Source of the DNA: Candidatus Micrarchaeia archaeon
Lineage (GTDB): Archaea > Micrarchaeota > Micrarchaeia > Anstonellales > Bilamarchaeaceae
Assembly (NCBI GenBank): GCA_041653635.1
Contig: JBAZFC010000001.1
Coordinates: 433,723 to 497,722 of the forward strand
Direction of reading: 5' to 3'
DNA: 64,000 nt
In this document: positions 40,751 through 50,671 of the stretch, piece by piece
How the letters are laid out: each line of letters opens with the position of its first letter
Position numbering within the stretch: the stretch's first letter is position 1
Program-made: the position numbers and the translations under genes
Notes under the pieces: model-generated
What the model was told of the DNA's origin: nothing
Seen by the model: only the letters and a program-made list of their open reading frames with translations
Databases searched by the model: none

Positions 40751-41344
40751 ATGCAGCTTTTCGGCCTTTCCCTCACAATCCCAAAAGATGTCTATGAGCC
40801 CGCGGAGGACTCAGAGATGCTCGCCTTCCATTCCCACAATCTGAAGGGAAAAATCCTTGAGATTGGAACAGGCTCCGGCCTCGCTTCAATCCTTAATGCA
40901 AAAACCAACCCTTCAAATGAAGTGCTCGCCACGGACATAAACCCCGCCGCGATAGAATGCGCAAAAAAGAACGCGGAGGCAAACGGCGCCAAGAACATCC
41001 ATTTCCTCCAATCCAACCTTTTTGAAAAAGTGGAAGGGAAATTTGATTCTATCCTATTCAATCCGCCCTACCTCCCCACCTCCAAAGATGAAAGGGTCCC
41101 CGGCAACCTCAACTACGCATTTGACGGCGGAGAGGATGGAAGGAAAACATTGGACATCTTCCTGGAGGAATTTGACAAATTCCTCGCTCCGAAAGGAGTC
41201 CTTCTCCTAGTCCAGAGCTCCCTCAATTCCACAGAAAAGACGCTCGCAACCCTGCAGGGAAAGGGCTTCGCAACAAGAATCCTTGAGGAGCGCCCCTTCT
41301 TCTTTGAGATTATCTATCTAATAGAAGCCCAAAGAACAGTATAA
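40751..41344 (+). CDS. HemK/Mtq2-family N5-glutamine methyltransferase
   Basis: 197 aa. SAM-binding EIGTGSG and NPPY motif. Confidence 0.7.
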   Translation: MQLFGLSLTIPKDVYEPAEDSEMLAFHSHNLKGKILEIGTGSGLASILNAKTNPSNEVLATDINPAAIECAKKNAEANGAKNIHFLQSNLFEKVEGKFDSILFNPPYLPTSKDERVPGNLNYAFDGGEDGRKTLDIFLEEFDKFLAPKGVLLLVQSSLNSTEKTLATLQGKGFATRILEERPFFFEIIYLIEAQRTV

Positions 41345-41351
41345 GCGCAAT

Positions 41352-42581
41352 CTAGAGAATAATATACGCGTTCCCCTTCTTCGTAATCGTCAAAGCAGTT
41401 TCCCCGGAGAACCCGAACGTCTTCGCATATCCCTTCTCTATCTTTATGCGCATCCCGTCCCTCACGAGCGCCCCGCGGTTGTCAAATATGTATATCACTC
41501 CCTCGCTCCCCTCTTCGTCCGCCACCACGAGCCTTGTCAGGTTTTCCTTCACCCTCTTGCTCTTCTGGTACTCCTTCTGCTCCACGCTCTTCACGAGCAG
41601 CGGAACCGTGGTCACGTTCCTCATGCCGCTTTTAAGCTCCGTGAGATGGGTAATATTCATCTGCTTGTGCCTGTCCTTCGCAACCCTGAACGCCAGCTTT
41701 ATCTCCTCCTCCGCGTTCCTCACCATGTTCTGCATCGCCTTTTTCATGACGTCCTCGTCACCTTCCGAGGCGAGCATCGTATCATAAGCAAGCCTGAACA
41801 GGCTCCCCTTCTCCTCCCTCTCCTCGCGCACCTCCTGCGCCTCAACCGCTTCGGGCGTCTCCAGCTCGCTGGAAATCTCGTCCATCTCCCTTCCGGCCCT
41901 GCCCATGTCCAGCTCCTTAGTCCCCACGCTCTGGAGCCCGAGCTTCCCATCCGTTGAATCTTCCGAGGGCTCTTCGGTTTCCGGCTCCCTTCCCTCTTTC
42001 CCGTTGTTCTCCTTCTTCTCCGGAATCCCCGGCTTCTGCCCCTTCGCCTCGCCCTCGTCGCTTATCACGTGCGTCTCTGCACCTGAAATGACATCCAAAT
42101 AATCAGTAAGCATCTCCTGCACGGCCCTGCCCTTCTGCTCGTTAACCTGGCCGTTCTTGCCGAACGCCTTCATGTAAATCTTTTCCAGGGTGGGGAGCAT
42201 CCTGCCTTTCATCGCGGCGGCCTTCTCCTTGCCCAGCTTCCTCTCCATCAGCTGCTGCAGGGGCCTCATCATCTTCTCGCGCGCCGTTTCCGCCTTCCTC
42301 TCCTCCTCCACGCTCTTCTTCTCCTCGGGCTTCTCGTCCGCGCCGTTCTTGAACACTTCCGCGAACGACATGAGCTCCGGCTGCGCCACCCTCTTTCCAT
42401 CCAGCAGCGTCCTCGCGAGCGTGCTCACGCTCGCATCCTTGTCGTAGGTAAGCTCCAATAGCGCGAAGTTCGCCGCAGGGTCCTCATACCTTGCAAGCTC
42501 TGCCGCGGCCTGCTTCCTGACCTGCGGGTTCGCGTCAAAAGTGAGCGACACTAGCTCATTGAGAGTCGGTTTGCGCGTCAT
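41352..42581 (-). CDS. HEAT-like repeat / low-complexity E,K-rich hypothetical protein
   Basis: 410 aa from internal ATG 42581. N-terminal HEAT/PBS-lyase-like repeats. Confidence 0.5.
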   Translation of the reverse strand: MTRKPTLNELVSLTFDANPQVRKQAAAELARYEDPAANFALLELTYDKDASVSTLARTLLDGKRVAQPELMSFAEVFKNGADEKPEEKKSVEEERKAETAREKMMRPLQQLMERKLGKEKAAAMKGRMLPTLEKIYMKAFGKNGQVNEQKGRAVQEMLTDYLDVISGAETHVISDEGEAKGQKPGIPEKKENNGKEGREPETEEPSEDSTDGKLGLQSVGTKELDMGRAGREMDEISSELETPEAVEAQEVREEREEKGSLFRLAYDTMLASEGDEDVMKKAMQNMVRNAEEEIKLAFRVAKDRHKQMNITHLTELKSGMRNVTTVPLLVKSVEQKEYQKSKRVKENLTRLVVADEEGSEGVIYIFDNRGALVRDGMRIKIEKGYAKTFGFSGETALTITKKGNAYIIL

Positions 42582-43368
42582 CCTTAACACCCAGCTCCTC
42601 CAGGGCCAAACGGAACACGTTGAGGAGCGCATGCCCCTCGTCCTTGGTCGGATTCGCCCTCGCGAGAACCCTCGCGAACGCAACCTTGCACCTTCCCGGG
42701 TTGCGAAGCCTATATCTCGCCGCCATCTTATTAAACATATGCGTGAGTGCGCGCCTCTCCGAAGGCGAAAGCCGCTCTTCCCCCCAAGAGGAAGGGGGGG
42801 CACCCCCCTTCTCTCTAGGGTACTCATAACCCCCCATTTTTGTCCTTGCAAACCCAGCTTTAGCCATCCCACTATCAATGGAATACAGAACCACCGCAAC
42901 CGCATGGCTAAGGTTCAGCACCGGATAGCCCGCGTGCGTTTCCGCATGCACCAGCAGGTCGCACGCGCTTATCTCCTTTTCATTGAGCCCTATCCCCTCC
43001 CTGCCGAAAACCAGCGCTATCCTCTGCCCGCCGCGCTCCCCCAGTCCGGCGCAGAACTTTTTCAGGGGCACCGCCGCCCGTATCGTCCCCTTGTTCCTCT
43101 TCAGGATGCCCGTCGTCCCCACCACGAGGCCGCAATCCCCCACCGCCTCCCGCAGCGTCCCGTACCTCTTCGCCTTTTTCAGGAGCCCCACCGCATGCTT
43201 TGAGAACTTGACAGCGTCGGCCCCCAGCCCGCATTTCGGGCCCGCTATCCTCAAATCAGAAAAGCCGAAATTCTTCATAACGCGCGCGGCCATGCCGACA
43301 TTAACATCGTATTCCGGCCCTACAAGGACCACGCAGAACGTGGGCGCGGCCCCTTTTTTCCCGCCCAT
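42556..43368 (-). CDS. SpoU/TrmH-family RNA 2'-O-methyltransferase with C-terminal extension
   Basis: 270 aa from ATG 43368. SPOUT knot motifs (LVFGREGIGL, AVAVVLY). C-terminal extension contains the in-frame repeat copy E. Confidence 0.75.
   Translation of the reverse strand: MGGKKGAAPTFCVVLVGPEYDVNVGMAARVMKNFGFSDLRIAGPKCGLGADAVKFSKHAVGLLKKAKRYGTLREAVGDCGLVVGTTGILKRNKGTIRAAVPLKKFCAGLGERGGQRIALVFGREGIGLNEKEISACDLLVHAETHAGYPVLNLSHAVAVVLYSIDSGMAKAGFARTKMGGYEYPREKGGAPPSSWGEERLSPSERRALTHMFNKMAARYRLRNPGRCKVAFARVLARANPTKDEGHALLNVFRLALEELGVKDDAQTDSQ
42779..42870 (+). repeat. Dispersed hairpin repeat, copy E (inside the SpoU CDS, in-frame)
   Basis: CCAAGAGGAAGGGGGGGCACCCCCCTTCTCTCTAGGGTACTCATAACCCCCCATTTTTG... 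homologous to copies A-D. Confidence 0.7.
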
Positions 43369-43432
43369 GTGCGTTTTATAAATCCTTCTCCTTAAATATT
43401 TTCCACTTATACTTATTTGGTGCAGTGGTACG

Positions 43433-43963
43433 ATGGAACTCGATGAACTTGAAGCACAGATAAAAACGCTTGAGGACAAGAAGTCCGGCCTCATAGAGGA
43501 GATTAAGAAGAACTACGGCCGGATACGCTACAAGAAGTACGAGGAGAAGGCCCTCGACCCGTACCTGAAGGAAACAGAGCACGTGATGGTCGGCCCGGTC
43601 AGGAAAAAGCTCCGACAGCTGGAGTTCCGCATATCCACCCAGGCTTACACCCCGCAGATAGAGCGCCAGATGATAAAGGACGTGCGCAAGGCGGAGGAGG
43701 AGCTGAAGGGCCTGAGGCAGGTAGAGCGCGCACGCAGGAAGAAGAAGCTCGTGCAGCAGGACATCATAGACGCGGAGAACCGCATTAAAGAAATAGAGGA
43801 GGAGCTCAAGAAGATACGCGAGACGCTCAAGGAGCTCTACGGGAAGGCGCGCACCTCAAAGTCGGCGAACAAGCAGGGCGTCACCTTCGGGGAGAAGCAC
43901 GACCACCTCGTCTCCATGGGGGATGTAGTGATTATAGAAGAGGAAGGGAAGGACAAGAAATAA
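43433..43963 (+). CDS. Coiled-coil protein (hypothetical)
   Basis: 176 aa, heptad-rich K/E sequence. Confidence 0.5.
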   Translation: MELDELEAQIKTLEDKKSGLIEEIKKNYGRIRYKKYEEKALDPYLKETEHVMVGPVRKKLRQLEFRISTQAYTPQIERQMIKDVRKAEEELKGLRQVERARRKKKLVQQDIIDAENRIKEIEEELKKIRETLKELYGKARTSKSANKQGVTFGEKHDHLVSMGDVVIIEEEGKDKK

Positions 43964-44383
43964 TTACCTGATTAGTTTTTTCCCTTCTTCAATTATCTTT
44001 TCGTGGTCAAATCCAAGCTCAGGCAATTCCTTTAGCGGAAACCACTTCGCCTCCTTCGCATCATCCCCGCCTTTCAGTTCCCCGCCCACCGCCTCGCACA
44101 GATAAGCCGCAGCCACGGTCCCCCGCGGGTCCCTGTCCGGGCCTGAGAATACCCCGATAAGTTTTTTCACGCGCACGCTCAGCCCCGTTTCCTCAAGCGC
44201 CTCGCGGGCGCAGCACTGTTCCGCCGTCTCATCCGCCTCGGCGAACCCTCCGGGAAGCGCCCACTTCCCCTTAAACGGCTCATTCTTCCTCCTAATCAAT
44301 ACTATTCTCCCGTCCCGCACTATCATGGCATCTGTTACGAAAGGCCTCATGAGATGTGTTGAAATTAGTGTATTTATAAGCAT
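43964..44383 (-). CDS. NUDIX hydrolase
   Basis: 139 aa. Nudix box GGFAEADETAEQCCAREALEETG. Confidence 0.8.
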   Translation of the reverse strand: MLINTLISTHLMRPFVTDAMIVRDGRIVLIRRKNEPFKGKWALPGGFAEADETAEQCCAREALEETGLSVRVKKLIGVFSGPDRDPRGTVAAAYLCEAVGGELKGGDDAKEAKWFPLKELPELGFDHEKIIEEGKKLIR

Positions 44384-44412
44384 TTCTCCACAAATATTAT
44401 TCCGGGGTACAT

Positions 44413-46449
44413 ATGCCGGAACCTAAAGGCAAACTTGATTCATCTAATGGAGAGAGGGTAATCAGGCTGGATTCAACTGAGCCATGCGCTCCTAAGGCGA
44501 GGGATTTGCGCGGCAGGGAACCTTGTTCCAGCAGGGATGCAAGGAATGCGCATAATATGAGCGCAAAGATTTCACTTCTCAATCCGTCTGGAGAGGAAAT
44601 TGCAACCGAAACAATTGCTGAAGGCGAAACAAAATCAGTTGGGGGCATTCGCGTAACCGTTTTTGCAGTTGGCATTACTCTCGCAGGATGCGAGTACATA
44701 ACAAATAACTATTATAGTCAGGATGCCACCCAGGAGCCAGACGACGCTGGCGAGCCGGAGATAACTGATGCAAGTGGTGAGGTTTCCATTCCGGAGGCCT
44801 CTGATTCCGAAGCCGAAGCTCCAAACATGTGCGAAACCGCCCCCCGTTCTGAAAGATGCGACATCAGGACCGAAACCAGGTCAAGATGCGTCGCAGGCGA
44901 GAACATTGCAGTCGAGAACAATGGTTATCTGTTCGTGCCCACGGGCATAAGCGAAGACGGAGTGAGCATGAGGGTATTGGATTCTCTTAACAGTTGCAGG
45001 CAGATGGGGGACGACAGCACGCTACAGATTGGGGAAATAGTCATACTTTCCCTAAACGGCGAAACATTCACCGCAATTGCGCCGACGATAGCATACTCGG
45101 ATTCACCGCCGTGGGCAATCCTTGACATTGAGAAATCCGTTGCGGGCCCGGTTTGCGCAGAAGAAATGGACAGGTGCACGGAAAGGTCTATAGATCGGGC
45201 AACCTGTGACACCTACGAAGGGAAGGGCGTTCCATTTGACAACCTCCTTTTCATTCCCGCAAGGATTTACATGGAAAGTTCTGTTCCGGCAGCTGAGATG
45301 ATTGTGCAGGACAAATATAGGGAATGCGAGGTCGTGGGAACAGCCGCAATACTCCAGGGAGAAGAGGGTATCATCACGGTTGGCACGCAGCCTTATCGTG
45401 TAAAATTGGACGAAGCAATCGTTTCCGACCCGTCAATGGGCCTATCCTCCGCAAGATTGGTGATAAAGCGCGGCGCAGGCCCTGACCCTGCAGTTTGCCC
45501 GGATGTGACCGGGACTTGCGAGGATTTCCCGCATGGCAATTGGCTATGCATGGTATATGAGGGGAAGGCTGCGGATTTGGAAGGTGGTCGCCTCATGACC
45601 GTGCGGAGGATATGGGAGGAAGGGGGCGTTAAAAAAGTCACACTTGAGATGCAAGACCTTCATGCTGATTGTGCCGTGGTATATACATTCACTCTTGATG
45701 AGCATACTGATACTGGATCATGGCCATTTGAGTTCCGTGGCAGGGAGTATGGAATACATGTATATTATTTGAATACCGAAGGAGCAACAAAAATGGCAGG
45801 CCTAATTGTGTACCCGAGGACCTGTGACGATGAACGGCCAGCGGACTTTTGCACTTCGCCCTCGCCGACCAGTGTGGAATGCATTACGCGTGATAGCGCA
45901 GCAGTTGAGTTTGATGGCATACATTTTTTCATAAATCCGCTTGAGGACTCAACAATCGGGCCGTTCGCGGAGGTTGTTGCAGAAGATATGTCTGATAGCT
46001 GCCATAGAGAATTTGGCCGTGTTCTTATCAACGTTCCAGGCTATTCATACGTTTTTGCTGGCGAATATTCGTATAAAATAACTGTATCCACAGCCGACCT
46101 TGGTTCCGGGGAGCTTTCTATAACAATAGAACGCGGTGCGCCAACCATATGCGATGGCAGCGAAAGGAGCGAGTACCTTGATGTGGCCGGAGCCCCGCCT
46201 CTAGTCTCGGCTGATGGTGTGCTCACAGTTAGCCTTACAGACATAACAAGGGATGTTCCGCCACGCGCCTCGTTGCTGGTCACGGATACGGTAAGCGGAG
46301 ACGTGGTGAGGCGCGTCCCGTTGCCGGCCGGTGGCACCGCAATTGTGACATACCGCGGAGTGAACTACATAATACTGGTGCACGATGTTTCGTCAGGCGT
46401 AATGCTCATAGACAAGTGGGCATACGCATCCATAGCGACCTGCGAGTAA
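44413..46449 (+). CDS. Large membrane-anchored Cys-rich extracellular protein (hypothetical)
   Basis: Up to 678 aa (alternative start MSAKISLL at 44557). Hydrophobic anchor ending in LAGC, more than 20 Cys, no recognised domains. Confidence 0.55.
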   Translation: MPEPKGKLDSSNGERVIRLDSTEPCAPKARDLRGREPCSSRDARNAHNMSAKISLLNPSGEEIATETIAEGETKSVGGIRVTVFAVGITLAGCEYITNNYYSQDATQEPDDAGEPEITDASGEVSIPEASDSEAEAPNMCETAPRSERCDIRTETRSRCVAGENIAVENNGYLFVPTGISEDGVSMRVLDSLNSCRQMGDDSTLQIGEIVILSLNGETFTAIAPTIAYSDSPPWAILDIEKSVAGPVCAEEMDRCTERSIDRATCDTYEGKGVPFDNLLFIPARIYMESSVPAAEMIVQDKYRECEVVGTAAILQGEEGIITVGTQPYRVKLDEAIVSDPSMGLSSARLVIKRGAGPDPAVCPDVTGTCEDFPHGNWLCMVYEGKAADLEGGRLMTVRRIWEEGGVKKVTLEMQDLHADCAVVYTFTLDEHTDTGSWPFEFRGREYGIHVYYLNTEGATKMAGLIVYPRTCDDERPADFCTSPSPTSVECITRDSAAVEFDGIHFFINPLEDSTIGPFAEVVAEDMSDSCHREFGRVLINVPGYSYVFAGEYSYKITVSTADLGSGELSITIERGAPTICDGSERSEYLDVAGAPPLVSADGVLTVSLTDITRDVPPRASLLVTDTVSGDVVRRVPLPAGGTAIVTYRGVNYIILVHDVSSGVMLIDKWAYASIATCE

Positions 46450-46489
46450 TCCCTTTTGATTTTCTTTCTTTAATTCAGGAGACGATGCA

Positions 46490-47065
46490 ATGAAACCAGC
46501 AACAATTCCCAAATCCGAGCCTGCGGAATGCCCCCAAATCCCAGAACGGAGGCGCTTCCTCCACACCGTGCTCTTTGCAAGCACGGCGCTCGCAGCCGGC
46601 TGCAAATCTAAAGAATCCAACCCAGCAACATCCGCACGCCTTTTCCAGAACCACCCATTCCCTCTTGGCAGTTCATCCCTCACCCTCAAGGAGTGCAGCG
46701 GTGCGGAACAGACAGCAACATTTGAGGTCTCCAGGCCCGGAAATGAACTCCCGGATTCCGTAACCCTCCGCATCCCCGGCTCCTTCACGGTTTCCGGCAT
46801 CCATCCCCCGGCATCCAACAAATACGAAATCTATGTTGAAAGCATCTCCCGCAATGCACCAAATTCCGCAGATGTCTCCATCTTAGAATCCACGCCAGCC
46901 AAAGGTTCCGAAAATACCGCAGGGCTTTTCTCCGACCTTCCCGCCATAGGCGCGGCAGTCGCTTTCTTCGGAGCGGTGGCTTTCTGGATTACGCACCGCC
47001 GCAAGCCTGAGGAAAGTGAAGGCACCCTCCTGGGCCCCAGGGGCGGCAAAACCACAACCATTTAA
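46490..47065 (+). CDS. Secreted protein with Tat-like signal (RRRFLH), lipobox-like AAGC and C-terminal TM anchor
   Basis: 191 aa. Confidence 0.5.
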   Translation: MKPATIPKSEPAECPQIPERRRFLHTVLFASTALAAGCKSKESNPATSARLFQNHPFPLGSSSLTLKECSGAEQTATFEVSRPGNELPDSVTLRIPGSFTVSGIHPPASNKYEIYVESISRNAPNSADVSILESTPAKGSENTAGLFSDLPAIGAAVAFFGAVAFWITHRRKPEESEGTLLGPRGGKTTTI

Positions 47066-47088
47066 TTACTCCCTGAGGAATTTAACCA

Positions 47089-48408
47089 ATGGATTTGGGC
47101 AAGAGCCTTCGCGCTCTGATCAACAAGATTACCAACGCCCCAGTCGTAGACGAGGCGACGCTCAAATCCTTCATCAAGGAATTGCAGCGCATCCTGATTG
47201 CGTCCGATGTGAATGTTAAGCTCGTTTTCGAACTCTCAAAAAAGATAGAGAAGCGCGCGTCCGCGGGCGAAGTCCCCAAGGGGCTCACCATGCGCGAGCA
47301 TCTCCTGAAGGTGGTTTACGACGAGCTCGTATCCTTCATGGGCACCTCTTATGAGCCAAGGTTGGACAGGCACAAGGTGCTTCTGTGCGGCCTCTTCGGC
47401 TCAGGAAAAACAACCAGTTGCGCAAAGGTCGCTTATTTCTACAAGAAGAAGGGGATGAAAGTAGGGATGGTCGGCGCGGACGTTGAGCGCCCCGCAGCCC
47501 AGGAGCAGCTTGAGCAGCTTGCAGCCCAAATCGGAGTCAATTACTATACCATAAAAGGGGAGAAGGAAGCGTACAAGGTTGTGGAGGACGCCCTCAGCAA
47601 GAGCAAGGATGATATTCTAATAGTGGATTCCGCAGGAAGGAGCGCGTTTGATGCCCGCCTCGCAGATGAATTGAGCAACATAATCCGCGTGCTCAAGCCG
47701 GACGAATCTTACCTCGTGGTGAGCGGGGACATCGGCCAAATAGCCGGCAAGCAGGCAGAAGAATTCAACAAATTGACTCCGGTGACAGGAGTCCTCGTAA
47801 CAAAGATGGACGGGAGCGGAAAAGGGGGAGGCGCCCTCTCCGCGGTAGCCGCCACCGGCTCCAAAATCGCCTTCATCGGCGTGGGAGAAAAGATGGAGGA
47901 CCTCCAGGTCTATGATTCCGAAAGGTTCGTGGGCCGCCTCCTTGGCATCCCGGACATCCAGGGCCTGATGGAAAAAGTAAAGGAGATTTCCGAATCCGGC
48001 GAGATGCAGGCACCCGAGGAAGTGACCGAACTCACGGTTGATGTGTTCTACCAGCAATTGAAAGCGGCGAAGAAGCTCGGCCCATTAGACTCGGTATTCT
48101 CCATGATGGGGATGTCCGATGTCCCCCGCGAGATGATGGACCAGGGCCAGGACAAGCTGAAAAAGTATGAGTCCATAATATCATCCATGACAAAGGCGGA
48201 AAGGAAGGACGCCTCCCTAGTGCGCAAGAGCCGCGCCCGCATGGAGCGCATCGCGAAGGGCTCCGGCTGTGAACTGGAGGACGTTCGCCGCTTCCTCTCA
48301 GAATTCTCCAAGATGGAACAGATGTTCTCCCGTTTCCGCAAGGACCGCGGGCTGCGCAAAAAGCTTGAAAAGATGATGAAAGGCGGAAAGCTGCCTTTGG
48401 GCATGTAG
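47089..48408 (+). CDS. srp54: Signal recognition particle protein SRP54
   Basis: 439 aa. N-domain, GTPase G-domain (GLFGSGKTT, DSAGR), Met-rich M-domain. Confidence 0.9.
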   Translation: MDLGKSLRALINKITNAPVVDEATLKSFIKELQRILIASDVNVKLVFELSKKIEKRASAGEVPKGLTMREHLLKVVYDELVSFMGTSYEPRLDRHKVLLCGLFGSGKTTSCAKVAYFYKKKGMKVGMVGADVERPAAQEQLEQLAAQIGVNYYTIKGEKEAYKVVEDALSKSKDDILIVDSAGRSAFDARLADELSNIIRVLKPDESYLVVSGDIGQIAGKQAEEFNKLTPVTGVLVTKMDGSGKGGGALSAVAATGSKIAFIGVGEKMEDLQVYDSERFVGRLLGIPDIQGLMEKVKEISESGEMQAPEEVTELTVDVFYQQLKAAKKLGPLDSVFSMMGMSDVPREMMDQGQDKLKKYESIISSMTKAERKDASLVRKSRARMERIAKGSGCELEDVRRFLSEFSKMEQMFSRFRKDRGLRKKLEKMMKGGKLPLGM

Positions 48409-48459
48409 TTTTTAAGCCTTTCAGCATACAATCTATCCACTAATCCCTGAGGTTATGCC

Positions 48460-49071
48460 ATGTATTACAGGACGTCCGTAGAAGAGAAGGTAAGGCTTCC
48501 CCCAAAATTCCTGGTGATGAAGCTCACCGATGCGGTGACAAAGATGCTCCGCGAGAAGTACGAGAGGAGGATAATCCGGGACATGGGCCTGGTCATCGCC
48601 GTGGAAAATGTTGACGTGGGCGGGGACGGCACGGTCATCCCGGGCGACGGCGGCATCTACTACGATGCGAAGTTCGACGCCATCACATTCATGCCTTACG
48701 TGAACGAGGTGTTCAGCGGCGAGGTGAAGGAAGTGGTTGAGTTCGGCGCCTTCGCCTCCATAGGCCCGCTGGACGCGCTTATACACATCTCGCAGATAGG
48801 CAACGACAAGTACTCGTACGACAAGAAGAACAAGTCCCTCACAACCAGGAGGGGCTCGTCCGTGAAGAAGGGCGACAGGGTCGTAGTGAAGGTATCAACC
48901 GTCAGCATGAGGGCGACGACCTCGGACACCAAGATAGGGCTCACCATGCGCTCGGACGGCCTTGGCCCGGAGAAGGAGAAGCGCGCTGAAAAAGCGAAGG
49001 CGGGCAAGAAGCCGGCCGCAAAGGGCAAGGCAAAGGAAACCAAGGAAGAGAAGAAGGGTGAAGCGAAATGA
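48460..49071 (+). CDS. rpoE: DNA-directed RNA polymerase subunit Rpo7/E'
   Basis: 203 aa. S1 domain plus K/A-rich tail. Followed by spt4. Confidence 0.85.
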   Translation: MYYRTSVEEKVRLPPKFLVMKLTDAVTKMLREKYERRIIRDMGLVIAVENVDVGGDGTVIPGDGGIYYDAKFDAITFMPYVNEVFSGEVKEVVEFGAFASIGPLDALIHISQIGNDKYSYDKKNKSLTTRRGSSVKKGDRVVVKVSTVSMRATTSDTKIGLTMRSDGLGPEKEKRAEKAKAGKKPAAKGKAKETKEEKKGEAK

Positions 49072-49250
49072 AGGTCTGCAGGGAATGCCGGTTCGTGGTT
49101 GAGGGCTCTGACAAGTGCCCGAAATGCGGCTCCGCCGAGCTCACTGACCGTTTCTCAGGCATGCTGATTGTGCTGGACCCGGAGAAGTCCGAAATCGCAA
49201 AAGTGGCGCAGGTAAATTCGGTGGGAAGATACGCGCTGAAGGTAAAATGA
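49068..49250 (+). CDS. spt4: Transcription elongation factor Spt4 / RNAP subunit E''
   Basis: 60 aa. Zinc ribbon CRECRF...CPKCG. ATGA overlap with rpoE. Confidence 0.75.
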   Translation: MKVCRECRFVVEGSDKCPKCGSAELTDRFSGMLIVLDPEKSEIAKVAQVNSVGRYALKVK

Positions 49251-49960
49251 AGTTCGTATCCGGCGCCGAAGCCGCCGTTGTGGAAGATTCACTAATCATC
49301 GCGGACCTGCACCTTGGGATGGAGCAGGAGCTTTTCCGCAGGGGAATCCGCATAGGCGATTTCACTGATTACCTGATTGACAAGACATTGCTTCTCCTCC
49401 GCGAAACAAAATGCAAAAAGCTAGTGATACTCGGCGACATAAAGGAGAACGTGGTCTCTCTTGAGGGGGAGGTGCGCCGCTATTTTGACTCCGTGCTTCC
49501 GCACGCATCCGTTACAGTTTGCAAAGGCAACCATGATGGGGATATAGAGAGGATAAGCGGAATAAAAATCGCCCCGCCCGAAGGAATCGTGCTGCACGGA
49601 ATAGGGATGCTGCACGGCCACGCGTGGCCAGCACCGGAACTCATGGAATGCAAAACAATCCTCATGGGGCACAACCATCCCCAGCTCACATTCTTTGAGG
49701 GCGGGAAAAAGGAGCCGCACCCGGTCTGGGTTTTCTGCGGGCCTGAAAAATCCGCAATAAGCAAAAAATATCCGTCGCACAACAAGAACCTCAAGCTCGT
49801 AATCATGCCATCCTTCAACCCGCTTTTGGGGAACGATATCGAGAGATTCGGGGGGCTCGGGCCGGTTTTTCGCAACAAGTTATTCCAGTGGAATAAGGCA
49901 ATTGTCTATACGCTTGGCGGAATTAAGCTGGGAACAGTGCGTGAAATAGCACGCACATGA
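49247..49960 (+). CDS. Calcineurin-like metallophosphoesterase (COG1407-type)
   Basis: 237 aa. Motifs DLHLG, GDIKE, GNHD, GHxH. Confidence 0.7.
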   Translation: MKFVSGAEAAVVEDSLIIADLHLGMEQELFRRGIRIGDFTDYLIDKTLLLLRETKCKKLVILGDIKENVVSLEGEVRRYFDSVLPHASVTVCKGNHDGDIERISGIKIAPPEGIVLHGIGMLHGHAWPAPELMECKTILMGHNHPQLTFFEGGKKEPHPVWVFCGPEKSAISKKYPSHNKNLKLVIMPSFNPLLGNDIERFGGLGPVFRNKLFQWNKAIVYTLGGIKLGTVREIART

Positions 49961-50087
49961 CGCGCCATTTTTCATCGACGGCGGGCGCTCTTCCATACGG
50001 AACGAATTTAAAGCGTTATGAGTAATAGTCATACGTTCCACGGGACAAGGTTGTGAACGGTGGAAGAGATAACCAAGAGGTAATTGT

Positions 50088-50327
50088 ATGGGAAGCCGAA
50101 GGGGAAAAGACAAGCTTCTTTATTGCGAATCGTGCGGAAGGGCGGTCCCGCGGACGAAGGCGGTTGATTTCAACAAGAGGAGCGCCTACAGCACCGACCT
50201 GAGAGGGGAGGACAACGTTACTGCTTTTGCGGACCGTACTGTCTACTACTGCATAAGCTGCGCAAAGCACAGGAAAATTTTCGAGCGGAAGAAAGAGATC
50301 GCCGCGAGGAGGAGGACGAGGTTTTGA
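50088..50327 (+). CDS. rps26e: 30S ribosomal protein S26e
   Basis: 79 aa. CxxC...CxxC zinc ribbon with S26e context (CESCGRAVPRTKAV...YCISCAKHRK). Confidence 0.8.
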   Translation: MGSRRGKDKLLYCESCGRAVPRTKAVDFNKRSAYSTDLRGEDNVTAFADRTVYYCISCAKHRKIFERKKEIAARRRTRF

Positions 50328-50328
50328 G

Positions 50329-50622
50329 ATGGACGACGTGGAGTTTTGCGGAAGGAAGTACAAAGCTTTCCAACAAACTCTGGGCAACCTCCCAATGATA
50401 GTCGTCAAGGCAAAGCGCGGATATATCGCATGCAGCTACATAAACAAGGATACCGCGGAGAGGGTGGGCGACATCGCCGCATTCGTTTCCGGTGTCAAGT
50501 GCGTCAGCGACATCTTTTCAGCCAAGGTAAAGGGAACCACCACATGGGCGGAAGACCTTGGCATACGCGAGGGCATGAGCGTGAAGAAGGCCCTAGAGCT
50601 CATGGACAGGGAAGAGGAATAA
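50329..50622 (+). CDS. DUF1805-like small protein
   Basis: 97 aa, tightly linked to rps26e. Confidence 0.4.
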   Translation: MDDVEFCGRKYKAFQQTLGNLPMIVVKAKRGYIACSYINKDTAERVGDIAAFVSGVKCVSDIFSAKVKGTTTWAEDLGIREGMSVKKALELMDREEE

Positions 50623-50671
50623 GCCCGGATATATTTCTTTTTAATTTCTTCCCCCCACAGATAAGTTCCCA

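Noticed and set aside
42582-42905. Upstream 108 codons of the 41352-42905 ORF (MRLRWFCIPLIVGW...)
   Set aside because: Arg-rich nonsense read through the SpoU gene and repeat copy E in another frame. The start was reassigned to ATG 42581 just past the SpoU stop.
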